DNA from: a virus
Length of the DNA stretch: 64,000 nt
Strand: one strand, 5' to 3'
Virus record (IMG/VR): IMGVR_UViG_3300031414_000012
Coordinates: 1-64,000 of that record
Shown: positions 55,817 to 64,000 of the stretch, in pieces
Position numbering within the stretch: the first letter of the stretch is position 1
Layout: each line of letters starts with the position of its first letter
Program-made: the position numbers and the translations under genes
Notes under the pieces: model-generated
The model's input: only the letters and a program-made list of their open reading frames with translations
Database searches by the model: none
Told to the model about the DNA's origin: nothing

Positions 55817-57133
55817 ATGTATCAGTTACGTGGTTTTGTGCCAATTACTGCTTTCTCTGACAACACAGAGGGCAAAGTAGCCGCCATCGGTGAATTGTCC
55901 CAGTTGTCTCGCAGCTTCAGTCGCGATGTGAACTTCCTTCGCGTTACTGAATCCCCTGATGTCGCACTTGCTGTATTTAACAACACGCGTGACGATAAGG
56001 TTGTAGCCCCGGAGGTAGTTTATTATACGCTATTGCTGAACATCTCGCAATGGCTTTTTACTAAATCTATTTCCGGTGATCTGCCAAAAGACATTAACAC
56101 CCTCTTACAAAACCTGAACGCCGCGTTTAGTACGCGTGCTAAGGTTTTAGAAGTAGGTGAGATTGTCAGCAACGGTCGTTACTGGTTCCCAACGTACATT
56201 ACCTGTTCCGCACTGGAATCGGATAATGAGGACAGCTGGCTTAAAGTTTGGTATACGGATGACGCATTCCGTCGTGAGTATGACCTCTACGAGCACAATG
56301 TCGCTAACCCACCATCGTTCGATAACCTGGACGATTTCTTCCTGCCAGCTGCGACAGTCATTGCGCGAATTAAAGCTATTGATTCTGAGTTAACAAACAA
56401 ACAGAACAACAAGTATCGCGGTGACTACCCTGAAACCAAGCTGCTTACCACCAACTATGACTTCGTCAGTCCGCTGGATGAAGAAGATACCTACCCAGTT
56501 CCGTGGAGCGTATTCGTCTACGGTTTGGCTGGTATTTCCTCTGACAGCATTCGTGACAGCATCGTTGATCATATCCTGGCGAACTCCACCCATTCCCGTG
56601 ATGAGTGGGAGCAGATCTTCCCGGATCTGTTTACACCGACGGAGTTCTATATCATTCCGTTCTGGGATCGCTATTCTTTGCCGGATAACAAGTTGGTTGC
56701 TGGTTTCTACTCACCTATCATCCCACTGAAAGCACAGCTGCCGACCGCCAAGAAATACTGCGTAGGTACTGAGTACACTGAAGCTCACCTGACTGCCAAT
56801 CTGGATCTCGTGGGTAATCTGTATCGCTCATTGCAGTTCCTTACCGTGGGTAACCCGAAGAACCGTAACGCACCACTAGACTTCCTGTCGCTGTGGCCTA
56901 AGTACGCAATGATCTCTACGACCAATCTGGACTTCGGTCGCATTGATCCAGACACGCGTGAATTTATGATGCGTTTGACGGAGCTGTTACAGACCGCTGA
57001 GAAAGCGACTCAGTACACAGCAATCCCAGACGGCATGACTCGCGTAATTCGTGATGAGAAGATGTACATGACGATGGTACATGCCAAAGTCCAGTATGTC
57101 TGCGCCGTTAAACTTAACTTCGTGAGCGGGTGA
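55817..57133 (+). CDS. Virion structural protein (phiKZ gp157-like)
   Basis: 438 aa; GELS N-terminal motif, WEQIFPDLF.PTEFYIIPFWD; synteny. Confidence 0.75.
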   Translation: MYQLRGFVPITAFSDNTEGKVAAIGELSQLSRSFSRDVNFLRVTESPDVALAVFNNTRDDKVVAPEVVYYTLLLNISQWLFTKSISGDLPKDINTLLQNLNAAFSTRAKVLEVGEIVSNGRYWFPTYITCSALESDNEDSWLKVWYTDDAFRREYDLYEHNVANPPSFDNLDDFFLPAATVIARIKAIDSELTNKQNNKYRGDYPETKLLTTNYDFVSPLDEEDTYPVPWSVFVYGLAGISSDSIRDSIVDHILANSTHSRDEWEQIFPDLFTPTEFYIIPFWDRYSLPDNKLVAGFYSPIIPLKAQLPTAKKYCVGTEYTEAHLTANLDLVGNLYRSLQFLTVGNPKNRNAPLDFLSLWPKYAMISTTNLDFGRIDPDTREFMMRLTELLQTAEKATQYTAIPDGMTRVIRDEKMYMTMVHAKVQYVCAVKLNFVSG

Positions 57134-57138
57134 TAGCA

Positions 57139-57741
57139 ATGGGTATCGTACCTACTTTAAACTCCTCCGGCCAATTCACGGTACAGACGCCGTTTAAGCT
57201 GGTTGATGGTGTGTCTTATACCTGTATTGCCAATCGTAAGTTTAAGGACTTACTGAATCAACAGGTGGCGGTTTGGGATCGGTACTATTCCCCTTATGGA
57301 CTGACCCAGGAACAGTATAATCAGGACTTAAAAGATGAAGCGGTGTTGGTGACATTGTTTAGCGACGATGCACCTACGGTTTACATACCGAGCACCTACA
57401 TCCTTTCCTACCCTGACGCTTCTGCTACCACGTTCAGGCATCGGGTGCTGAGCTGCTCGTTAGGCGCTATTCCCGATAGCCTTGCATTGGACGACTTCAT
57501 TCAGAAGGTACGTGCGCTTGCCAGTGACGTTGTTGGTATTGAACCGACTGTAGCACTACACAGCATCACGTTGTCCACTGTGGTCACCAAGGAAGCAGCA
57601 GAAGCCTTCGAGGCAGCCAGACAGGCGCGTATTAACAATCGCACTACCGAACATGCTCAGTTACTGGCATCGCAATCGGAGAACGCGGAATTACGTACAC
57701 GCGTTCAAATGCTGGAAGAAATACTGGTTCAAAACTCATAG
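57139..57741 (+). CDS. Conserved putative virion protein
   Basis: ~200 aa; YIPSTYILSYP, C-terminal coiled coil. Confidence 0.7.
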   Translation: MGIVPTLNSSGQFTVQTPFKLVDGVSYTCIANRKFKDLLNQQVAVWDRYYSPYGLTQEQYNQDLKDEAVLVTLFSDDAPTVYIPSTYILSYPDASATTFRHRVLSCSLGAIPDSLALDDFIQKVRALASDVVGIEPTVALHSITLSTVVTKEAAEAFEAARQARINNRTTEHAQLLASQSENAELRTRVQMLEEILVQNS

Positions 57742-57743
57742 CG

Positions 57744-57793
57744 ACATAAAAGCCTCTCTACCCTTTGCGGGGTAGAGGGTGCTTATTTATGCG
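57744..57793. terminator. Bidirectional terminator of the TTTATGC family
   Basis: CTCTACCC...GGGTAGAG stem with flanks nearly identical to those at 44160-44209. Confidence 0.8.
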
Positions 57794-60270
57794 TATTCAA
57801 TTTGCAGACAACGATTAGCACCTTCCACTGTACCCACGTTCGCCGCATCCATCACAATGACATCAGCATTAACTAATGTATCGTGAGCTTCTGGGTTGTG
57901 TGAGATGTAGAAGACCTGAGAGATTCGTCTAGAGTCAATCAGTTGCTTAAAGAACTCCACTACCCGCTGGCGATGTTCTGGGTCAAAAGTAGCACCAAGC
58001 TCATCGGGGTAGATTGGATAGCCGTGCATGTCAGTAAATGACAAGTAGACTAACACAAAGGTGAAGTTAATAAATGCACGCATTGCACCGGACCCTTTAG
58101 CAATATCAGGAACCAGTTTAGGCCGACCTTTAATCTCGATAGGGAATCGATAGTCAAGATCGGTTGCATCGAGACCACACGGTTTAATGACCATGTCGTA
58201 TGTCCATACACACGCAATGAAATCGTTCATCTGGTTAACCAGCGAGTCGATACATGCGCTCAGCTGATCTGCAATCAAACCGGACGTCGGTGACATCTGC
58301 TCGATAAGAATCTTCATATCAGACTCTTTCTGCATAAGCTCATCGCGCTGGCGCTCTAGACTGGCTACAATCTCCTTCGCTGACTTACGCTCGTTTAACT
58401 GATACGAGAGCTGTGCGAGTTCCGCTTGCTGCCGTTCGATGTTCTGACGGAACTGATCGTTCAACTGAGACGCAAGATAATTACGCATTGCCGTATTAAC
58501 GCTTTCCAAAGAAGTAGCGAGTTTGTCTTTTAAGGACTCCCACTCTTTCGCTTGGTTGTAAGCCTCGTTCAACTCATCGCGTTGGCGACGCCATTTCTGC
58601 TCATCGTGCGTTAAAGCAGCAACGATATCTTCCAGCTGTTTAGCTCGTTGAGTCAAGAACTGCGAACTTCCCCCACCTGCAATCTCAGTAGCACGTTTCA
58701 GTACTACATTGATTTCATCGATGCGGTTCTCAACACGAGTACGGTCAGCCAATACACGCAGTTGCTCTTTCCAGCGATAGAACAGATGTACGCAAGCGTT
58801 AGGGTCTTCGAATACCAAGTCGTTAGTTGCAAACTCTTTCCACAGCACACCCAAGGCAGTATTCGAACTCACGACGTTACGGAAGTCACCGAAGAGTCTA
58901 CGCCACTCATTCAGTTCATCCAACCATGCCTGATTGCGAGCATACGCCTCGTTCACCTGATTCAGCTGGACATTGAGAAGCTCAATCTTCTCACCGAGGA
59001 TACGCAGTTCGTTTTCAGAGACGCCCGGTACCCAAGTATAACCACACTTCGGACACTGGGTGTTTTCAGCACCTTCAATCATCTCTTTACGAGCAGATAA
59101 CTTAGTGAGTTCGGTTGCCTTGATATTGCGAGCAGTGACCAACTCATCGTGCTTACGTTGAGCCTCAGCTAATGCGTCACGATTGTATCGCTTGCCAGGG
59201 TTTGGTGGGAGAGCCAACAGCTTATCCGTGATCGGACCATCGAGTTCATCTGCTAGACGGAACAGATAGATAAAGTCACATTCACCATAGTCAAACTCGA
59301 TGCGTTGCACTGAATAGAAATCTTTCAGTTTAGCTTTTAACTGCTCGAGTTCTTCCGTTAGAGTATTACCGCCAGAGCCAGCCATTACTGACATCTGATG
59401 GATCGTGTCTTCGATCTCTGTGAACTCACGACGACGTTCGACTAACCCAGCCTCTGCGTTTGCACGAGCTTGTTCGGCGTAGTTAATTTGGCGAAGGATG
59501 TTTTCAATGTCCTTTTGCCCCCGAAGCATCTCAGTATCCATGGATAGGATACGATCGCCAGCCAGTGACTTCAATTCACCCATTGCCTGCTCAAGCCGAC
59601 GGTTAGCTTCGTGTCTAGGTGCGGCGTGTTGGTCGACAGCGAACATAAGGTCGGTAATGTTGGCCGTTAAGCGGTCTATATGGTCCTGTAGATCGTTTAA
59701 CTCCTCATCGGTAAACAAACCCTTGTACTCAACCGCCAGTCGCGTCTCGGCGTGTTTACGAGCACCTGTGGCATCACGAGCAATTGACTTCATTTTGTTA
59801 AATAAAGCTAATGCATAAGTCACATCGTAAGAACAGGCTTTCGATATCCACTCACGACGCTGCTGTGGTGTCATTGCTGTCAGTGTAATCTCACCTGTCA
59901 GTAACTGATGCAGTGCGTCCGTGTATTTGAAATATTGGAAGACCAGCTCTTTCTGAGTTGCGCCGGTACCCTCATCGTTCAATACTTCTTTGTTACGAAT
60001 AAAGGTGTGCTTGTTACCCACACGGAAATCAGAGATTAGGGTGTAGTGGTTACCTTCGTCATCTGTGATCTCTACGTGTTTAAGTCCGCCGGCTAAAAAG
60101 TCCTGGCGAGAAGCGGGTAATGGTGACAGCTCTGCGAACAGAGAACTCTTACCAGACCCGTTTGTTCCGATGACTAACTGGTACTCAGACTCAGGGGTAT
60201 AGACAACCCGTTTGATTCCAGCGTACAGCAACCGAACGTTGCCTTCTAAGATCAGTTTGTTAATGCGCAT
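57787..60270 (-). CDS. sbcC: SbcC/Rad50-like SMC ATPase (start MRINKL)
   Basis: Walker A GTNGSGKS, coiled coils, zinc hook CPKC, Walker B/D-loop YPDELGATFD, H-loop ISH; GGAG RBS at the revised start. Confidence 0.92.
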   Translation of the reverse strand: MRINKLILEGNVRLLYAGIKRVVYTPESEYQLVIGTNGSGKSSLFAELSPLPASRQDFLAGGLKHVEITDDEGNHYTLISDFRVGNKHTFIRNKEVLNDEGTGATQKELVFQYFKYTDALHQLLTGEITLTAMTPQQRREWISKACSYDVTYALALFNKMKSIARDATGARKHAETRLAVEYKGLFTDEELNDLQDHIDRLTANITDLMFAVDQHAAPRHEANRRLEQAMGELKSLAGDRILSMDTEMLRGQKDIENILRQINYAEQARANAEAGLVERRREFTEIEDTIHQMSVMAGSGGNTLTEELEQLKAKLKDFYSVQRIEFDYGECDFIYLFRLADELDGPITDKLLALPPNPGKRYNRDALAEAQRKHDELVTARNIKATELTKLSARKEMIEGAENTQCPKCGYTWVPGVSENELRILGEKIELLNVQLNQVNEAYARNQAWLDELNEWRRLFGDFRNVVSSNTALGVLWKEFATNDLVFEDPNACVHLFYRWKEQLRVLADRTRVENRIDEINVVLKRATEIAGGGSSQFLTQRAKQLEDIVAALTHDEQKWRRQRDELNEAYNQAKEWESLKDKLATSLESVNTAMRNYLASQLNDQFRQNIERQQAELAQLSYQLNERKSAKEIVASLERQRDELMQKESDMKILIEQMSPTSGLIADQLSACIDSLVNQMNDFIACVWTYDMVIKPCGLDATDLDYRFPIEIKGRPKLVPDIAKGSGAMRAFINFTFVLVYLSFTDMHGYPIYPDELGATFDPEHRQRVVEFFKQLIDSRRISQVFYISHNPEAHDTLVNADVIVMDAANVGTVEGANRCLQIEYA

Positions 60271-60505
60271 GGTGACTCCGGAAATACATTCATCTATACG
60301 ATACTGCTGTCGTGTTAATTTTAATTCCTTGTTGTGGTAATTTATTACAATTACCACTAATCAAATGGAAGAGTTTTTAATATTAACTCTAATAATAAAT
60401 ATATTCCTTCCCTCCTTTCTGCTTAGACAGAAAGGGTTTTGTTTGTATGCAACTTTGCAAATTATAGGACAAGCAAATTAATTTTTACTAAAGCGGAGCT
60501 GGGCT

Positions 60506-61474
60506 ATGCAGGAGATGAGTAGCAACTTCAAACCCGTGTCAGTTGCACGCGTACTGGAAGACCTGGAACCTGGCACGGAGATCCTACTGGTCGGTGGGTT
60601 AGAATCGAATCCCGGTCCAACGGGGATGATGGTTTCTGATACCCAAGTCGTAGAGGCTAAAGGTAAGGACTCCACTGGGAAAGAGTACAGTAGTAAGACA
60701 ACTACTGATACTGTAATAAAGGCTAAGTGGTTACGCTGGGGTAGCCAGCGTTTAACACCGCCTAATGTCCGTCGTAAGATGCGGGTGATGCTCTATCGCT
60801 TTGCAGACCAAGATGAGTACTATTGGGAGTACATGGGTCTCGATGGACACCTGATGCGATTGGAAACAATCGTCTGGGGGATTAACAATAATGCCAATGC
60901 CGACGGCGAGTCCACGGTTAAACCGGAGAACATGCACACCTTAGAGTGGTCGACCCACACTAAGCAGCTGACGCTCCGTACGTGTAAGTCTCAGGACGAG
61001 CCAGTGGCCTATATCTTCCAGTTTAACTTGAAGGAAGGTTCTGTTACTTTGGCTGACGATCTTGGCAATATCGCTAGCTTGGATTCACAAGAGGCGATCT
61101 GGTTACTACAGAATAGTTTTGGCTCACACCTCAAGGTTGACAAAAACAGCATCTTTGCCTTTGCTGCGGAGTTGATCAAGGCCGAAACAAAACTGTTCCA
61201 GGTAATCGCAGAGACCGTTGAGATTAAGGCTAACTTATTCAGCGGGGATATCTCTGAACAGTTCCATGTAGACACACCACAGGCAAACTTCACTAGTAAC
61301 GTTACCGTTGGTCAGATCTCCACCGGCTATAACAATAACGGCAACGGGATGGTGTCCAAAGGTAACATGCGTATCGAAGGTGAACTCGTTACGACTGGTG
61401 ATGCGGTGATTGGTGGTAAGATCACTTGCGCTGGCATTGATAGTTCACGAAACGTTAATGCACCGAACATATAA
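60506..61474 (+). CDS. Baseplate central spike-like protein (phiKZ gp164-like)
   Basis: AKWL...RLTPPNVRR N-terminal OB-like region and beta-strand repeat C-terminus. Confidence 0.7.
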   Translation: MQEMSSNFKPVSVARVLEDLEPGTEILLVGGLESNPGPTGMMVSDTQVVEAKGKDSTGKEYSSKTTTDTVIKAKWLRWGSQRLTPPNVRRKMRVMLYRFADQDEYYWEYMGLDGHLMRLETIVWGINNNANADGESTVKPENMHTLEWSTHTKQLTLRTCKSQDEPVAYIFQFNLKEGSVTLADDLGNIASLDSQEAIWLLQNSFGSHLKVDKNSIFAFAAELIKAETKLFQVIAETVEIKANLFSGDISEQFHVDTPQANFTSNVTVGQISTGYNNNGNGMVSKGNMRIEGELVTTGDAVIGGKITCAGIDSSRNVNAPNI

Positions 61475-61518
61475 AGAAGCACTCCCTACCCACTGCGGGT
61501 AGGGAGGCTTTTATGCCG
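61475..61518. terminator. Bidirectional terminator
   Basis: CTCCCTACCC-ACTGC-GGGTAGGGAG followed by TTTTATGCCG. Confidence 0.85.
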
Positions 61519-62757
61519 TTAGTGCTTGGTACGATAAATCTGAAGCCAGAAAGCATCCTGATAGTTCGTCGGCTTATGCACGTAGCGGTGGTTCGTTACG
61601 TACTTCTGCTTACGGAACTCAGTCGTGCGACGCATGTAGTTAGTGAAGAAGTAATCGCTAGTCCTCACCACGTAATCGTGCTTAGCTGCGTACCAGGTGT
61701 AGTTGATCAGTCGACCTGTATCGGAGATCATCGGGTACATTGGTTTGCTATAGGCCATGTAACGACCCGCTAACTCTGCCTGATGCACCATCAGTCTTTC
61801 AACGCCTACATCGGTAGCGTCGATAGTGAAAACAAAACTCTGACTCAGCGTCAGTAACGCGGCGATGTTCTCCGTTGTCGTCAACTCAGTGAAATCCAGT
61901 TTATCCTTACGGTTATTAAAGGAAGTCAACTTGATAGAAGAGACATCGGTGGATTGCTTGAGTATCCAGTAGCGTTCTACGATCGGATAGTCACGCATGT
62001 TCAACTTCAGCAGGTTAGATCCCACTTGATCGTAGGCGTTATCTAACAGGTGCAAGTAACCGCCAATGACAATACCTACCGTTTTATTGGTGGTATCGAT
62101 ACCAGACAGTTTCAAGTAAACGCTATCAGTATAAGGGAGGTCGTCAGTCGGCGGGATCAACATATCAGCGGTAATAGCGAACCGCTCAATCTGACCGATT
62201 TTCTCGAAGTTGAGGATACCGACACGATTCTCTTTAGAAGCCTGTAGGCTGCGCCCAGCATCTTCGATGACAAACCCATCAGGTATGGCCACAGAGTTGT
62301 GCACAAGCCCATTCACGAGGAATAAGACATACTTATCGGCAGTAGTATAGTCTACGTCTGACTTGGTTACGATGGCATCAATAACCTGGTCAAGCGTTAA
62401 CTCCTGCTCGACGGCAATATTCCTGTTATAACCCTGAACCTGGAAGCCATAGTTCCAGACATCGCGGTACGTTGCGTATACCCGATCGTTTGCTGGTAAG
62501 TCATCGCTTAGCGGAATCGTCTGATTCCCGATGGATGTCAGCCACTCACCGAACTTAATTGGAAGGAAGCGAAGGTTGGTATTTAAGTCCCACAGATTCA
62601 AACTGTAGCGACGCTGTAACTCAACAACTTCAATCTCTGCCAAGGCACCGGTGTAGTTCGTGAATATCTCAGCCAGCGTTAAGTCAGCCAGATTTACGGG
62701 ATTCCACGCACCCGGAGCACCGACCTCGACGGCCGTTGCTTGTATGTATCTATACAT
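61519..62757 (-). CDS. Conserved putative virion protein
   Basis: 412 aa; LVNGLVH, IGGYLH, LTLSQSF motifs; GAGG RBS. Confidence 0.7.
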   Translation of the reverse strand: MYRYIQATAVEVGAPGAWNPVNLADLTLAEIFTNYTGALAEIEVVELQRRYSLNLWDLNTNLRFLPIKFGEWLTSIGNQTIPLSDDLPANDRVYATYRDVWNYGFQVQGYNRNIAVEQELTLDQVIDAIVTKSDVDYTTADKYVLFLVNGLVHNSVAIPDGFVIEDAGRSLQASKENRVGILNFEKIGQIERFAITADMLIPPTDDLPYTDSVYLKLSGIDTTNKTVGIVIGGYLHLLDNAYDQVGSNLLKLNMRDYPIVERYWILKQSTDVSSIKLTSFNNRKDKLDFTELTTTENIAALLTLSQSFVFTIDATDVGVERLMVHQAELAGRYMAYSKPMYPMISDTGRLINYTWYAAKHDYVVRTSDYFFTNYMRRTTEFRKQKYVTNHRYVHKPTNYQDAFWLQIYRTKH

Positions 62758-62870
62758 GTCATTACCTCGATAATCCGTGCTCGGAGGCCGACTTATAATA
62801 TGTCATAGCCTACACCACGTAATACCCAAAGAAATTATTTTTTACACTAGGCTCGCAGAGGCGAACAGTT

Positions 62871-64000
62871 ATGTTTGATAAAAAGTATCTATACGAATTC
62901 GATCCGTCTGGAGGTTTGGCGGCGAACCGTGTCCCGCCAGAATCACATAGTATTAACCCCGCCAGTGGGGCTGACTACGATGTGATTATCCCTACCTTCG
63001 CACCGTTCTTCCGACAGGGCCTGGTCGTAAAACACATCACCAGCGGTCAAACGCTGACTGAGGGTGTGCATTTCGACTTAGGCTATCATTTCGAAGCCGC
63101 GTCACTCGAATGCGGTACGCCAATCTACGGTGGTATCGTTGTAATAGACCGTACCTTGTCCGGTCGACTTACCGTTGAATACCAAACCCTCGGTGGTGAA
63201 TGGGTATTGGACTCGCAAGAGATCCTTAATATCCTGGCCAATATCAAAAACGACCCACGTAAAGTTAAGTGGGATGACGTCATCGATAAGCCGATTGTTT
63301 TCCCACCCGTCGATCACCTTCATCACTCTGATGACCTTGTCGGCATGGATGAAGTGGTACAGGGTATCGAGGCTATCCGTCAGACACTGGGTGATTCTGC
63401 TGCTAAGTCGCTGACAGCGCTATTGGAACACATCCGTGACCACGCTAACCCACACCACGTCACTCTGGCACAATTGGGTCTTGATTCACTGGGTCAACTC
63501 TCAGAAGCAACTGAGCAAGACGTTGATGCTGGGACAGACAACCTGCGTTTTATCAGTGCTCGCCGTTTGGCGTACTTCCTGACGAAGAAAGTACAGCCTA
63601 TCGTTGATGCCCACGCAAGTAAAACAGATAACCCACATGGTGTTACTAAGTCCCAAGTTGGACTGAGTGACGTTCCTAACTATCGCATGGCTACATTGGC
63701 TGAAGCGATGGAAGGTGTGTTGGGTAACCGCTTTATGTCGCCTGCTCTGGTGCAAGCACTGGTCGCCGATCGAATTGCAGCAGCCATGGCAGATAGCGGT
63801 GATAAGCCTACGAAAGAGTCTATCGGTTTAGGCAACGTCGAGAACTACGCCATTGCTGACTTCGAGCAGGCTGTAGCAGGTACGTCTAATGCGCTCTACA
63901 TGACACCACTTCGTGTGGCTAACCATGTCGCTAACGCAATTGCAACAGCGATGCAGGCGCACCTTGATGCTGACAACCCACACAAGATCACCGCCACCAC
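62871..64000 (+). CDS. Tail fibre-like virion protein, truncated by the window end
   Basis: Open frame from ATG 62871 (MFDKKYLYEFDPSG...) to the end; FAPFF, YQTLGG, repeated H....NPH.VT..Q.GL and A...G....M[ST]P fibre repeats; absent from the ORF track because it has no stop in the window. Confidence 0.85.
   Translation, partial: MFDKKYLYEFDPSGGLAANRVPPESHSINPASGADYDVIIPTFAPFFRQGLVVKHITSGQTLTEGVHFDLGYHFEAASLECGTPIYGGIVVIDRTLSGRLTVEYQTLGGEWVLDSQEILNILANIKNDPRKVKWDDVIDKPIVFPPVDHLHHSDDLVGMDEVVQGIEAIRQTLGDSAAKSLTALLEHIRDHANPHHVTLAQLGLDSLGQLSEATEQDVDAGTDNLRFISARRLAYFLTKKVQPIVDAHASKTDNPHGVTKSQVGLSDVPNYRMATLAEAMEGVLGNRFMSPALVQALVADRIAAAMADSGDKPTKESIGLGNVENYAIADFEQAVAGTSNALYMTPLRVANHVANAIATAMQAHLDADNPHKITAT

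Noticed and set aside
1-64000. tRNA or rRNA genes, IS elements, integrase, inteins
   Set aside because: None recognised by eye; tRNAscan-SE and HMM searches were not run

Overview
Segment of a phiKZ-related (Chimalliviridae-type, likely nucleus-forming) jumbo myophage genome, GC roughly 48-50% by eye; host not determinable from this window. Core genes recognised by motif, size and synteny: tail sheath and tube, prohead protease, three split virion RNA polymerase chains plus a probable fifth subunit, a 2165-aa tail protein with a C-terminal lytic transglycosylase, a UvsX/RecA-like ATPase, RNase HI, SbcC, a baseplate spike-like protein and a truncated tail-fibre protein. Between them lie minus-strand operons of small accessory genes behind TATATTAC-like early promoters and a plus-strand array of eight tandem paralogous virion proteins. 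The most unusual element is a ~370-nt ORF-poor intergenic region (22625-22997) that folds almost end to end into helices, with G-U wobbles that form only on the minus strand: a candidate large structured ncRNA or leader. Also notable: an exact 61-bp terminator duplication with matching duplicated promoters that delimit parallel early cassettes, and a hairpin family carrying a conserved TTTATGC tail. phiKZ gp numbers are from recalled gene order and motifs, not from a database search.
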